Shown piece by piece: positions 1 to 8,791 of a stretch of DNA of 44,344 nucleotides (within the stretch, counting starts at the first letter, position 1; each line of letters starts with the position of its first letter). The stretch covers positions 1 to 44,344 of the forward strand of contig DAOUUI010000002.1 in assembly GCA_030668225.1 (NCBI GenBank), written 5' to 3'. The DNA comes from Deltaproteobacteria bacterium. Its GTDB lineage: Bacteria; Desulfobacterota; Deferrimicrobia; Deferrimicrobiales; Deferrimicrobiaceae. Position numbers and translations under genes: made by a program. Below the pieces are notes generated by a model. It was not told the DNA's origin. It searched no databases and worked only from the letters and a program-made list of their open reading frames with translations.

Positions 1-112
1 CTCGGCCGGGATATGGGGCTCGCAGGCCCGCTCTCTGCCCCGTCCGCCTACTTCATGAAACACCCGGCGGTGCAAATGTCGGACGACGATGCGCGGCGGG
101 AGCTCGAGGAAT

Positions 113-1300
113 TCACCGCCGATTATCGCGCGTGGCGGCGGACGACAGAAGTCGCGCCCACGCCTCCGTGCACCTCTCCCACGTGAAACGGGACGCAATT
201 TCCTTCCCCTCCTCCGCCATCCGGGCCCTCGCCGCGCCATCCGCCATGATGTTCTCCATCGCGTCGGCCAGCCCCCGGGAGCTTTTGGGCGGATAGACCG
301 CTCCCCCTCCCTCCCGGGAGACCGTCTCTCCCCAATGGCCGTCGCGTGGAACGATCACGGGCACTCCGGCTGCCATCGCCTCCAGCGGGACCAGACCGAA
401 CGATTCGTACTCCGAGGGACCAAGGACCGCGTCCGCCGCGGATACCAGGGCGGGCATCTTCGCGTGGGGAACCGGGCCGGCAAAGATCACACCCCCGGGA
501 ACGCCGCCCGCGGGGGGACCCTGTCCTGCGACGAGCAGAAACGCTTCCCGGCCCCCTTTTCCCCGCACCGCGAGAAACGCCTCGATGGCCGCGGGGACGT
601 TTTTCCCGGGGGCGGGGCGGGCGGCGAGCAGGAAGAGGAACGCCGCAGAGGGGACCCCGAATGCGCGCCTGCCCTTTGCACGCGGCGGAAGGACTCGAAA
701 CGAGTCGTCTACCCCCGGAGGGATCACCACTCCCTTGCCGGCCACGTCGGGGAGCATCCGTTCCGTCGCCGCGAGATCGTGCTCCGACAGGAAAACCACC
801 CGGTGCGCTTCCAGGGCGAGTCTTTCCTCGGCGCTCCTCCTCGCGACGGAGAGAGCGTCGGGACTGTATTCTGAAGTGTCCGCCTTGCGCGCCTCCACGG
901 TATGGAACGCGAACACCAGTCCCTTCGTGCGCTCCCACCGACACGCACCCCGGGCAGCCACTCCCGACATCCAGTAGTGCGCCGAGATTGCATCGGGCGG
1001 GTCAAGGCTTGTCCGAATGACCTCTCCCGCCTTTTCGACGAATCGGGGAAGCGCCCGGTAGGCCCCTTCCCTGCTGGTCGGCTCCTCCCACCCGCACGGG
1101 ACGTGAACCACGCGGATCCCCCGGTACGGGCGGGTGATCTCCACCGTGTCCCCCTTCCCCCTGGTCAGGACGTCCGTCTCGATCCCGTGCCGGGCGAGGC
1201 CGGGCAGGAGACCGCGGAGGAATACGTTCATCCCGCCGGAGAGCCCGGTGCCGGGCTCCTCCAGGGGACAGGTATGATAGGAAAAGAGAACGTGCTTCAC
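113..1300 (-). CDS. Glycosyltransferase family 4 (GT-B fold, MshA/RfaB-like)
   Basis: I trimmed ORF 113..1507 to the GTG at 1300 (VKHVLFSYH...). That GTG forms a GTGA start/stop overlap with the upstream gene. The protein has an N-terminal GGMNVF motif and a C-terminal SEYESFGLVPLEAMAAGVPVI (EX7E-type) motif. Confidence 0.85.
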   Translation of the reverse strand: MKHVLFSYHTCPLEEPGTGLSGGMNVFLRGLLPGLARHGIETDVLTRGKGDTVEITRPYRGIRVVHVPCGWEEPTSREGAYRALPRFVEKAGEVIRTSLDPPDAISAHYWMSGVAARGACRWERTKGLVFAFHTVEARKADTSEYSPDALSVARRSAEERLALEAHRVVFLSEHDLAATERMLPDVAGKGVVIPPGVDDSFRVLPPRAKGRRAFGVPSAAFLFLLAARPAPGKNVPAAIEAFLAVRGKGGREAFLLVAGQGPPAGGVPGGVIFAGPVPHAKMPALVSAADAVLGPSEYESFGLVPLEAMAAGVPVIVPRDGHWGETVSREGGGAVYPPKSSRGLADAMENIMADGAARARMAEEGKEIASRFTWERCTEAWARLLSSAATRDNRR

Positions 1301-2289
1301 GAAACGCGGACGGTCGCCCGATACACGATCCGGTCTCTTCCCCCGAGGTCGTACTTGTACCGCTCCCTGCCCCGGAGAAAATCGTACTCGCGAAAACCGT
1401 CCCCGATCGCGTCCTCGATGCAGTGCGCCAACAGCACCAGCCCGGGGCTTGCCTCCCGGTATCCCGGGTCGAACCCGGAATTGTACAGGAGAAGAGCGCC
1501 GTCCCATTCGATGTGGAGCGCGGACGCCATATCCCCGCCGTCCCCGGAGAGGAACGCAAGACGCAGCCGCCCGGCGGACAGGAAGCCTTCGGCCATTTCG
1601 CGGAAGAACCGAACCATCCTGTCGTCCATGAACTCCGCCTTGCCGGTGTGGCTTTGCCGGTGGAGGGCGACAAACGACGGGAAATCCCGCTCGAACTCCT
1701 CTTTCGTCCGGGTCACGCGAAAGAACAACCCCGGCAGCTCAGCCGAAGCCCTCCGGATCTTCCTTCGGAGCTCGTGCCGTTCCTTTTTCCCCAGCAGGGA
1801 GAGGTACTCCTCGAAGGAGGAGGGAAGAGGGACATACGGGGACCGGTCCATCTCCTCCATCCGGAAGGAGAAGCCGAGTTCGGAGCACACCCGGGGCAGG
1901 CAGGCAATCGATGCGGAACCTTCGACGAGGTTGGGCAGCGTAAGGGGATGGAGGGAGAGGAGGTCTCGTGAGGACAGGAGGAATTCGGTCCAGAACTCCT
2001 CCTCCCGGCCGGAGACCACGATGGCGTCCAGCGAGTCGGACACCTGTTCCCCTCCGAGAAGTTCCCACCCCAGCCCGCTGTCGCACAGGCAAAGGAACAG
2101 GAACCCGCCGGTCTCCCCGTTTCGGACCCACCGGTAAATGCGTTTGCTGTGGTCGGCCGCGAACGTCTTCGCCCACGGCGCCAGAAAGTGCCGGGAGAAG
2201 AAGGGGGAGGGCCTGACGGAGCGGGACAGGACAAAGTCCCACTCTTGCGTGGAAACGTCCTCCATCCGGTCTGTCCAGGAAAGCCCCAT
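1297..2289 (-). CDS. GNAT-type N-acetyltransferase, CelD/BioF2-like (FemAB-like fold)
   Basis: Complete 330-aa ORF with balanced composition. The C-terminal LLYNSGFDP...GLVLLAHCIEDAI...YDFLRGRERYKYDLGG region is typical of the CelD/BioF2-like acetyltransferase family. Confidence 0.75.
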   Translation of the reverse strand: MGLSWTDRMEDVSTQEWDFVLSRSVRPSPFFSRHFLAPWAKTFAADHSKRIYRWVRNGETGGFLFLCLCDSGLGWELLGGEQVSDSLDAIVVSGREEEFWTEFLLSSRDLLSLHPLTLPNLVEGSASIACLPRVCSELGFSFRMEEMDRSPYVPLPSSFEEYLSLLGKKERHELRRKIRRASAELPGLFFRVTRTKEEFERDFPSFVALHRQSHTGKAEFMDDRMVRFFREMAEGFLSAGRLRLAFLSGDGGDMASALHIEWDGALLLYNSGFDPGYREASPGLVLLAHCIEDAIGDGFREYDFLRGRERYKYDLGGRDRIVYRATVRVS

Positions 2290-2324
2290 CCGTCACGCTG
2301 CCCGCCGGCGCCCGGTCACTTCCC

Positions 2325-2999
2325 CTATCTGCCCGCTCCGGCGGGCGGTTGTCCCTCCGACGGTTCGGGAGGCAGCGAAATCACACCGGCCGCGACCAGC
2401 TTGACTACCGTCTCTTCGGCCACGGCATTGGCCGCGCCGTTGACCGCGTCCCGTATTCCGTCGGGCGTGACGAAAAACGGATCCTCCGCCCAGTAATCGG
2501 AAGCGACGGAACTGCTCCATCCCGGGGGGACGTTCCCCCCCGACCCGAACACCGTAACGGAAACGGAGGCCGCCAGCTTGACCTTCATTCCCAGGGAACC
2601 GGTTTTCCTGGCCTCCACGCGAAACTTGTCAACGCTCCCCCACACTCTTGCGACCGCGTCCGCAGGAATCGCCCCGCCGACGGGGACGCGCACGGCGTGC
2701 AGCCCCTTCTCGTTCAGTACGCCGGCAATGAGGTCCGGGATCGCTTTCCCGGGGTCTCCCTTCCAGACGATCGCGCGGGCATGGTTGAAATCACGGCCGA
2801 TCTCGTGGGGGGGGTCGCCCGCAAAGTTGAAATCGAGCACTGCGACCGTGGGAAAGCCCACGGTTCCCTGTTCGGTTCCCCCCTTTCCGGGACGCGCAAG
2901 TTCCCCCGGCAGATGCAGGACCTTGCTGGTCACACACCCGGAAACCCCCAGACTTAAAGCAAGGGTGAGAATCACCCGAACGGCGCGGATCGGTTTCAC
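2325..2999 (-). CDS. Lipoprotein of unknown function (VAVLDF motif reminiscent of CsgG/LpoB-like lipoproteins)
   Basis: The signal peptide MKPIRAVRVILTLALSLGVSGC carries the lipobox LGVSG|C. The gene lies directly upstream of the GNAT/GT4 pair on the same strand. Confidence 0.7.
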   Translation of the reverse strand: MKPIRAVRVILTLALSLGVSGCVTSKVLHLPGELARPGKGGTEQGTVGFPTVAVLDFNFAGDPPHEIGRDFNHARAIVWKGDPGKAIPDLIAGVLNEKGLHAVRVPVGGAIPADAVARVWGSVDKFRVEARKTGSLGMKVKLAASVSVTVFGSGGNVPPGWSSSVASDYWAEDPFFVTPDGIRDAVNGAANAVAEETVVKLVAAGVISLPPEPSEGQPPAGAGR

Positions 3000-3210
3000 C
3001 GTAATCCCCCTTCCCGGATTATTCCTTGTCAGCGTTTTCCCCGTATTACGTTACCACTTTATAGCATCCCCCGAACACATAGGCCCGTACCGCTTGAAAA
3101 GACCTTCTGCGTTGCCGTATCGTGAAGTGTCCCGCCGCCACTGCGGGGGCTGCCCGCTCGCGGAAGACCGTTTCCGCCGGAAGGCGATGGCGGAAGACAA
3201 AGGAGGGGAC

Positions 3211-4419
3211 ATGCCCGCATCCCCGGAGATCCGTGAGGCGATCCGGCAGGGATCCTGGATCCGGAAGATGTTCGAGGACGGCGCCCAGCTGAAGTCGGTG
3301 CAGGGGCCGGACAACGTGTTCGATTTCAGCCTGGGGAACCCGTACGGCGCGCCTCCCGGGGAACTCCTGGAGGAGATGCGGAGGCTCCTGGCCGCTTCGT
3401 CCGAAGACCTGCACCGGTACATGCCGAACGCGGGGTTCCCGGACGTGCGGAAGAAGATCGCCGCCTCCCTTACGCAATCAACCGGCCTCCCCATCGAAGC
3501 GGACCACGTGATCATGACCACAGGGGCGGCGGGCGCGCTGAACGTGGCGCTGCGCGCGATCCTCTCCCCGGGAGACGAGGTCGTCGTCATCGCCCCGTAC
3601 TTCGCGGAATATCTTTTCTACATCCGGAACAGCGGCGGTGTCCCCGTTGTGGCGGGATCCACGGACGATTTCCAGATGGACATGGGGACGATCCGGGCGG
3701 CACTTTCCGACCGGACGAAGGCCGTCATCCTCAACACCCCGAACAACCCGACGGGAGCGGTCTATCCCCGGGACTCCCTTCTTGCGCTCGACGCATTGCT
3801 CGCCGAGCGGGAGAGGCAGACGGGAAAGCCCGTCTACGTCCTGTCCGACGAGCCTTACCGGAAGATCGTGTATCCGGGATTCTCCTTTTCTCCCCCCGCG
3901 GTCTCCCTGCGGAACACCCTGGTCGCCTACTCCCACTCGAAGGATCTCAACGTTCCCGGGGAGAGGATCGGGTACCTCGCCGTGAGCCCACGCGCGGCGG
4001 ACGCCGGAGAGATATCGGAAGCATGCGTCTTCTGCAACCGGGTGCTGGGATTCGTCAACGCGCCTTCGCTCATGCAACGGGCCGTGGCCGCGGTTCAGGA
4101 CCTCGAGCCGGATTTCCCCGTATATCGGTCAAACCGGGATGCCCTCCTTGCGACTCTCACGGAAGCCGGTTTCTCCGTTGTTCCGCCCGGCGGAGCCTTT
4201 TATCTTTTTCCCCGTTCTCCTTCCGGGAACGAGATGGAGTTCGTCGCGGCGGCCCGGGAGGAGAACATCCTGGTCGTTCCGGGAAGCGGATTCGGGCGGG
4301 AGGGGCATTTCCGGATCGCCTTCTGCGTCTCCCCCGACACCGTCACGAGGTCGCTTCCCGCCTGGAGGCGACTCGGCGGGAAGTTCTTCCCCGGGCGCAG
4401 ACAAGGAGCAACCCGATGA
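3211..4419 (+). CDS. PLP-dependent aminotransferase, class I/II (Asp/Ala aminotransferase-like)
   Basis: ATG at 3211 is preceded by AGGAGG (3201-3206); an alternative ATG lies at 3187. It has an LGNPYG N-terminal motif and the PLP-lysine box YSHSKDLNVPGERIGYL. The 5' part of listed ORF 2578..4419 is antisense to the lipoprotein gene and was discarded. Confidence 0.85.
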   Translation: MPASPEIREAIRQGSWIRKMFEDGAQLKSVQGPDNVFDFSLGNPYGAPPGELLEEMRRLLAASSEDLHRYMPNAGFPDVRKKIAASLTQSTGLPIEADHVIMTTGAAGALNVALRAILSPGDEVVVIAPYFAEYLFYIRNSGGVPVVAGSTDDFQMDMGTIRAALSDRTKAVILNTPNNPTGAVYPRDSLLALDALLAERERQTGKPVYVLSDEPYRKIVYPGFSFSPPAVSLRNTLVAYSHSKDLNVPGERIGYLAVSPRAADAGEISEACVFCNRVLGFVNAPSLMQRAVAAVQDLEPDFPVYRSNRDALLATLTEAGFSVVPPGGAFYLFPRSPSGNEMEFVAAAREENILVVPGSGFGREGHFRIAFCVSPDTVTRSLPAWRRLGGKFFPGRRQGATR

Positions 4420-5462
4420 AGATACCGTTTCGCAGAACCGTCGCGAGGATGGAGGGGTACGTTCCCGGGGAGCAACCCCGGGACGGAGGCTTCATCAAAC
4501 TCAACACGAACGAGAATCCGTATCCCCCGTCCCCGTCGGTCCGGCGGGCCATCCTGGCGGAGGCGGACGCGTCGCTCCGCCTGTACCCGGATCCGGACGC
4601 AACGAGACTCCGGAGGCAGGCTGCGCTGACGTACGGGTTCGATCCCTCCCGGGTGATCGCGGGAAACGGATCGGACGACCTGCTCGCGATGGTCGCCCGC
4701 GCATTCGTCGGGGAAGGGGATGTGCTGTGCTGCCCCGTCCCGACGTACACGCTCTACGACACGCTGGTCAGGATCCAGGGAGGGAGGATCACAGGCGTTC
4801 CCTATCCCGGGGACTACTCCCTTCCGGCGGGCCTCGCCGCAAGGCGGGCAAAGGTCACGATCGTCGCCAGCCCCAACTCACCCTCGGGAACGGGGGTCCC
4901 GACGGCCGCCCTAGCCGACCTTGCCGACCGCGTCCCGGGCGTGCTCGTCATCGACGAGGCGTACGCGGACTTCGCCTCCGAGACGGCCCTGTCCCTCGCC
5001 CGGGAGAAGGAGAACGTGGTCGTGCTCCGTACGTTGTCCAAGTCGTTCTCGCTGGCCGGAATGCGGATCGGGCTCGGCTTCGGCCACCCGGCGGTCCTCG
5101 CGGGACTGAACAAGGTGCGGGATTCCTACAACCTCGGTCGCTTGGGGCTAGCCGCCGGGGAGGCCGCGCTCCGGGATATCGGCTGGATGGAGAAAAACAT
5201 CGCGAAGATACGGAAGACGCGTTCGGCGCTCCTCTCTGCGCTCCCGTCGCTCGGGTTTTCCCCCTTCCCCTCGCAAAGCAACTTCGTGCTCGCGAAACGG
5301 AACCGGGGAAGATCGGCGCGGCCTGTCTTCGAGGAACTGAAGCGCAGGAAGATCCTCGTCCGGTACTTCGACACCCCCCGACTCTCCAGGTGCCTGCGGA
5401 TCACCGTGGGGACCGATGACGAGGTCGGGGCGCTTCTTGCGGCCTTGAGAGAGATGCTATAG
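4416..5462 (+). CDS. hisC: Histidinol-phosphate aminotransferase
   Basis: The start is MKIPFRRTVARMEGYVPGEQ...IKLNTNENPYPPSP. The PLP-lysine box is TLSKSFSLAGMRIGLGF. The ATG at 4416 overlaps the upstream TGA (ATGA). Confidence 0.85.
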   Translation: MKIPFRRTVARMEGYVPGEQPRDGGFIKLNTNENPYPPSPSVRRAILAEADASLRLYPDPDATRLRRQAALTYGFDPSRVIAGNGSDDLLAMVARAFVGEGDVLCCPVPTYTLYDTLVRIQGGRITGVPYPGDYSLPAGLAARRAKVTIVASPNSPSGTGVPTAALADLADRVPGVLVIDEAYADFASETALSLAREKENVVVLRTLSKSFSLAGMRIGLGFGHPAVLAGLNKVRDSYNLGRLGLAAGEAALRDIGWMEKNIAKIRKTRSALLSALPSLGFSPFPSQSNFVLAKRNRGRSARPVFEELKRRKILVRYFDTPRLSRCLRITVGTDDEVGALLAALREML

Positions 5463-6404
5463 CGTGATCGTCCAGTTTCCGCCGGAAGGGGCGTTGATCC
5501 ACGACGCGACGGCCACGCCGGGGCTGCCTTTGAGGACCTGGAAGCAGTACTCCACGATGCTCCCCGAAGGACCGAACACGAATCCCTCGAACGTTCTCGG
5601 AAGGGGAAGTCCGGCGAGGGCTGCCGACCTCTCCTGAAAAAAGGCATTCCGGTCGCCGGAGTGAAAATACCCGGGCGCCCTTCCTTCCGCGGAGGGGAAG
5701 TTCCTGGCTTCCATCACGGTGAGATTGTGGGCGGTCCAGGACCGGTCCCCCCACAGGGCGCGGGCGCAGACGATGTCGCCCTCCTCGTCCCGGATCGTGA
5801 TCCTGGCGCAATTGATCTTGTCTGCGACCGGAACCGTTCCTCCCTCGGGGACGTGGTACAGGAAGAACGGCATCGGCCGGTTCTTCAGGACTGCAAGGGC
5901 CTCGGGAACTTCCACCACGGGCGCTTCGTCGACGGTTAAAGGCACCCGGACGCGGCACAGGGAGAGGGATGGCTTCTTGCGCATGGCTCCGAACCCGTAC
6001 CGGACGGTTCCCGCCCGCGGTTCTTCCGGACGGAGCGGCAGCGGGAGCCGGAACATCCCCCTCCCCGGCGCCGGCCTTGCATTCCCCTCTTCCTCCTGCC
6101 CGATCACGCTCACGTCCTCCTCGGTGGCGGACCCCGGGAGAAAAACCTCGTACGGGGCGGAAAACCACTCCCTGCCGCCGCCAACCGTCGAAAAGAAGTA
6201 GCGCACCCGCAGTCGGCCCCCGCCGGGAGGCCTGGGGAGAAACAGGCGCACCTGCCGGATCCCGGGAATTCCCGACGGCCTCACCACGGCGGTCGAACGG
6301 GCAAGAACGTCCTCGGGGGAATCCTCCAGGGCAGCCATGTAGTGGATCAGGGCAAGTTCGGGCCGGTCGAAACCGTCGTGAAACAGGCGGCGCAACACGT
6401 ACAC
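5457..6404 (-). CDS. Hypothetical protein (no recognisable domain)
   Basis: GTG start at 6404 is preceded by GGAGGGAG with a 7-nt spacer. Its composition is far more protein-like than the competing frame 5401..6474. The 3' end overlaps the hisC 3' end by 6 nt (convergent). Confidence 0.55.
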   Translation of the reverse strand: MYVLRRLFHDGFDRPELALIHYMAALEDSPEDVLARSTAVVRPSGIPGIRQVRLFLPRPPGGGRLRVRYFFSTVGGGREWFSAPYEVFLPGSATEEDVSVIGQEEEGNARPAPGRGMFRLPLPLRPEEPRAGTVRYGFGAMRKKPSLSLCRVRVPLTVDEAPVVEVPEALAVLKNRPMPFFLYHVPEGGTVPVADKINCARITIRDEEGDIVCARALWGDRSWTAHNLTVMEARNFPSAEGRAPGYFHSGDRNAFFQERSAALAGLPLPRTFEGFVFGPSGSIVEYCFQVLKGSPGVAVASWINAPSGGNWTITL

Positions 6405-6488
6405 TGGCAGTCTCCCTCCGCCGGCCCCTTACCTTGAGATTCTGCCGGCTCCGATCGTTCGGAAACCCGTGCACTTCCTGTTTTCAAT

Positions 6489-6497
6489 TTTATATCA
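6489..6497 (-). promoter_or_regulatory. Candidate extended -10 element (TGaTATAAA) for the hypothetical gene at 6404
   Basis: The reverse strand reads TTGTGATATAAAA in the only AT-rich patch between the two minus-strand genes. I found no convincing -35. Confidence 0.3.
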
Positions 6498-6500
6498 CAA

Positions 6501-6881
6501 TCACTCGTACCCGAACCGGGCAAGATCCTCCTCGTCCATTCCGAAGTAGTGCCCGATTTCGTGGAGGAGAGTCACCCGGATCTGGCGTGCGAGCTCCCCG
6601 GGATCCCGGAAATCTCCCTCGAGGGGGCCCCGGTAGACGGAGATCTTGTCCGGCAGGTTCCCGGAGTCCAGAAAAGACCGTTCGGGGAGCGGGATGCCGT
6701 GGTAGAACCCGTAGAGGGTCCCCCCGGGAACGATGTCGAGTTCCTCGAGAAGCCAGTCCGGGGGCCACTCTTCCACCACGATCGCCACGTTTTGGAGTGA
6801 CTCCCGGAACATCGCGGGAAGGTCCAGGATGGCCTGGCGGAGAATCTCATCGAAAGCGGCCGCGGATGTCCGTTGCGTCAT
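6501..6881 (-). CDS. Small zinc metallopeptidase family protein (DUF1025/minigluzincin-like)
   Basis: 126-aa ORF with HExxH in LLHEIGHYFGMDEEDL near the C-terminus, as in the 'metallopeptidase family protein' group. Confidence 0.8.
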   Translation of the reverse strand: MTQRTSAAAFDEILRQAILDLPAMFRESLQNVAIVVEEWPPDWLLEELDIVPGGTLYGFYHGIPLPERSFLDSGNLPDKISVYRGPLEGDFRDPGELARQIRVTLLHEIGHYFGMDEEDLARFGYE

Positions 6882-6966
6882 CGCGCGCCCCCGTCCATTT
6901 TTTTAAATTTCTTTTCGGAAGATTGTATCCCAAACGCCTGCGGGATGCAGGGGAAAGCGTCGCCTG

Positions 6967-7164
6967 CTACTTCGACCCGTCCCGGGAGCGTATCGTGCGG
7001 AGGGCTTCTTCTACCAACTTTTCGGCCACTTTCTTCGAATCCACGCGGTAGGTCCCTTTCTCCACCTTTTCCTTGAAGAGTTCTACCCGTTTCTTTCGGG
7101 CCGACATGTCCCTGGCTGAACCCGACCCGTTTCCCTTTTTCCCGCCCGCACCTGGTATGTTCAA
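6967..7164 (-). CDS. flgM: Anti-sigma-28 factor FlgM (short form)
   Basis: 65-aa ORF with a TTG start at 7164 preceded by GGGAG. The C-terminus (VELFKEKVEKGTYRVDSKKVAEKLVEEAL) matches the FlgM sigma-28-binding helices. A perfect sigma-28 promoter lies upstream and fliA is nearby. Confidence 0.7.
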   Translation of the reverse strand: MNIPGAGGKKGNGSGSARDMSARKKRVELFKEKVEKGTYRVDSKKVAEKLVEEALRTIRSRDGSK

Positions 7165-7200
7165 TGAATGGCTCCCTGGGGTAACATCCGCACGAATACC

Positions 7201-7227
7201 TTATCGGCGCGTTACCGGAAAACTTTA
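7201..7227 (-). promoter_or_regulatory. Sigma-28 (FliA) promoter of flgM
   Basis: The reverse strand reads TAAAGTTT-TCCGGTAACGC-GCCGATAA. This is a 16/16 match to TAAAGTTT-N11-GCCGATAA, 36 nt upstream of the flgM start. Confidence 0.75.
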
Positions 7228-7284
7228 CCTGCCCTGCAATATTGACCTTCCGTCCCGCGCCCCCTGGAGGGTAAAATTACCACG

Positions 7285-8664
7285 ATGAAAAAATCCCTCC
7301 TTATAGCAGAAGATGACGAAAATATCCTCGAGCTTCTTCTAAGCGTCTTTTCCCGCCCCGATCTCGATGTCCACCCCGCCCGCTCCGGATCCGAGGCGAT
7401 GGACCTGATCGACCGGCACGACATCGACGTCGTTCTCACGGACCTCGTGATGCCGGGGGGAGACGGCCTCGAGGTCCTCGTCCACGCAAGGAAAACCCTC
7501 GTAAATTGCGAGGTTATTCTGATGACGGGGTACGGCACGGTGGAGAACGCCGTCCAGGCCATGCAGCTTGGCGCTTTTCATTACATCACGAAGCCGTTCA
7601 AGGTGGTGGAAGTCGTTCATCTCGTGGGCCGGGCGCTCGAAATGACGGGGGTGAAAAAGGAGAACATCCACCTCAAGAGACATGCCATCGATCACTACCG
7701 GTTCGAGAACATCATCGGGGTCAGCGAGCCGGTCCGGCAGATGCTGTCCCTCGTATCGAAGGTGGCGGGCAGCAACGCGACCGCCCTCATCCTGGGGGAG
7801 AGCGGCACCGGCAAGGAACTCGTCGCCCGGGCCATCCACTACAACAGCAACCGGGCCGACCGTATCTTCGCTCCCGTGAACTGCTCCGCCATCCCCGCCG
7901 AACTGCTGGAAAGCGAGCTGTTCGGTCACGTCCGGGGGGCCTTCACCGGGGCCCATACCGCGAGAGCCGGGAGGTTCGAGGCGGCCAATCGGGGAACGAT
8001 CTTCCTGGACGAGATCGCCGAGATGAGCCCGCCCCTCCAGGCGAAGATCCTTCGTGTGCTCCAGGAACAGTCGTTCACCCCGGTGGGGGGGACAAAGGTG
8101 GTGGACGTGGACGTTCGCGTCGTCGCGGCGACGAACAAGGACCTCGAAAGGGAAATCGCCGCGGACCGCTTCCGGCAGGACCTGTACTTTCGGCTCAACG
8201 TCATCCCCATCCATATTCCGCCGCTCAGGGAGCGCGTCGAGGACATCCCGGTTCTGGTCGACCATTTCATCGGGAAATACGCCCGGGAGAGCGGGAGAAG
8301 GGTCCGGGGGTTTCGGCCGGAGGCGATGGAATCCTTGAAACGGTACTCCTGGCCCGGGAACGTGAGGGAGCTGGAGAACCTGGTGGAGCGTCTTGTCATC
8401 CTGTCCCGGGACGGATGGTTCGAGAAGAAAGACCTGCCGCAGGCGATGCTCCCTCAGGAAGACAAGGCCAGGGGGAAGGCCGCGGAGAAACTGCAAAACG
8501 GCGGGCTCGATTTCCGGAAAGCGCGCGAAGATTTCGAAAACAGCCTCATCCTGGAGGCCCTTTCCCTCTGCGGCGGGAACAGGAACAGGGCGGCGGGCCT
8601 TCTCGGGCTGAAACGAACAACGCTCCTGGAAATGCTCAAGCGTAAAGGGCTGCATGGCCCATAA
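7285..8664 (+). CDS. Sigma-54-dependent response regulator (NtrC/FleR/FlbD class: REC-AAA+-Fis HTH)
   Basis: Receiver domain with VVLTDLVMPG. AAA+ Walker A is GESGTGKE, with ESELFGH and the GAFTGA loop (GHVRGAFTGA). The C-terminal HTH is NRNRAAGLLGLKRTTLLEMLKRKGL. Confidence 0.9.
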   Translation: MKKSLLIAEDDENILELLLSVFSRPDLDVHPARSGSEAMDLIDRHDIDVVLTDLVMPGGDGLEVLVHARKTLVNCEVILMTGYGTVENAVQAMQLGAFHYITKPFKVVEVVHLVGRALEMTGVKKENIHLKRHAIDHYRFENIIGVSEPVRQMLSLVSKVAGSNATALILGESGTGKELVARAIHYNSNRADRIFAPVNCSAIPAELLESELFGHVRGAFTGAHTARAGRFEAANRGTIFLDEIAEMSPPLQAKILRVLQEQSFTPVGGTKVVDVDVRVVAATNKDLEREIAADRFRQDLYFRLNVIPIHIPPLRERVEDIPVLVDHFIGKYARESGRRVRGFRPEAMESLKRYSWPGNVRELENLVERLVILSRDGWFEKKDLPQAMLPQEDKARGKAAEKLQNGGLDFRKAREDFENSLILEALSLCGGNRNRAAGLLGLKRTTLLEMLKRKGLHGP

Positions 8665-8775
8665 TTGTCAGGCGGAGGTCCTCTCGCCAAAATTTTGACA
8701 CCCTGAAATCGCCCTTCCCCGCTGCGCCTGAAGAAATTCAATTTACATTTCAGCTCTTTACGTGACCACCCCCCG

Positions 8776-8791
8776 TGGCACGCATGTTGCT
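8776..8791 (+). promoter_or_regulatory. Sigma-54 (-24/-12) promoter of fliA
   Basis: TGGCACG-CATG-TTGCT exactly fits the TGGCACG-N4-TTGCW consensus. It lies 54 nt upstream of the fliA ATG and directly downstream of a sigma-54 activator gene. Confidence 0.8.

Noticed and set aside
1-186. Possible 3' end of a plus-strand gene entering from the left edge (…MKHPAVQMSDDDARRELEEFTADYRAWRR…*)
   Set aside because: Third-position GC is high, so it may be real. However, it would overlap the GT4 3' end by 74 nt, has no recognisable motif, and is truncated. The evidence is insufficient to call it.
89-2137. Plus-strand ORFs 89..874, 346..1020, 585..977 and 902..2137
   Set aside because: They have extreme Arg/Pro/Gly composition, typical of off-frame or antisense reading of high-GC genes. 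They overlap the well-supported GT4 and GNAT genes on the minus strand.
2578-3186. 5' extension of the 613-aa ORF upstream of the aminotransferase
   Set aside because: It runs antisense through the lipoprotein gene and the intergenic region. Homology-like sequence begins only at MAEDKGGDMPASPEIREA, and a good SD precedes the ATG at 3211.
7034-7042. TTCGAATCC, resembling a tRNA T-loop
   Set aside because: It lies inside the flgM coding sequence (codons for VDSKK on the minus strand). No acceptor, D or anticodon stems can be drawn around it. No tRNA was found anywhere in the window.
7339-8655. 438-aa minus-strand ORF opposite the sigma-54 regulator
   Set aside because: It is an antisense shadow, whereas the plus-strand frame carries complete REC/AAA+/HTH motifs.
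8672-8697. GGCGGAGGTCCTCTCGCC + AAAATTTT as a terminator after the response-regulator gene
   Set aside because: The stem needs two G.U pairs and a mismatch in 8 positions, and the T-run is short. It is plausible but too weak to annotate.
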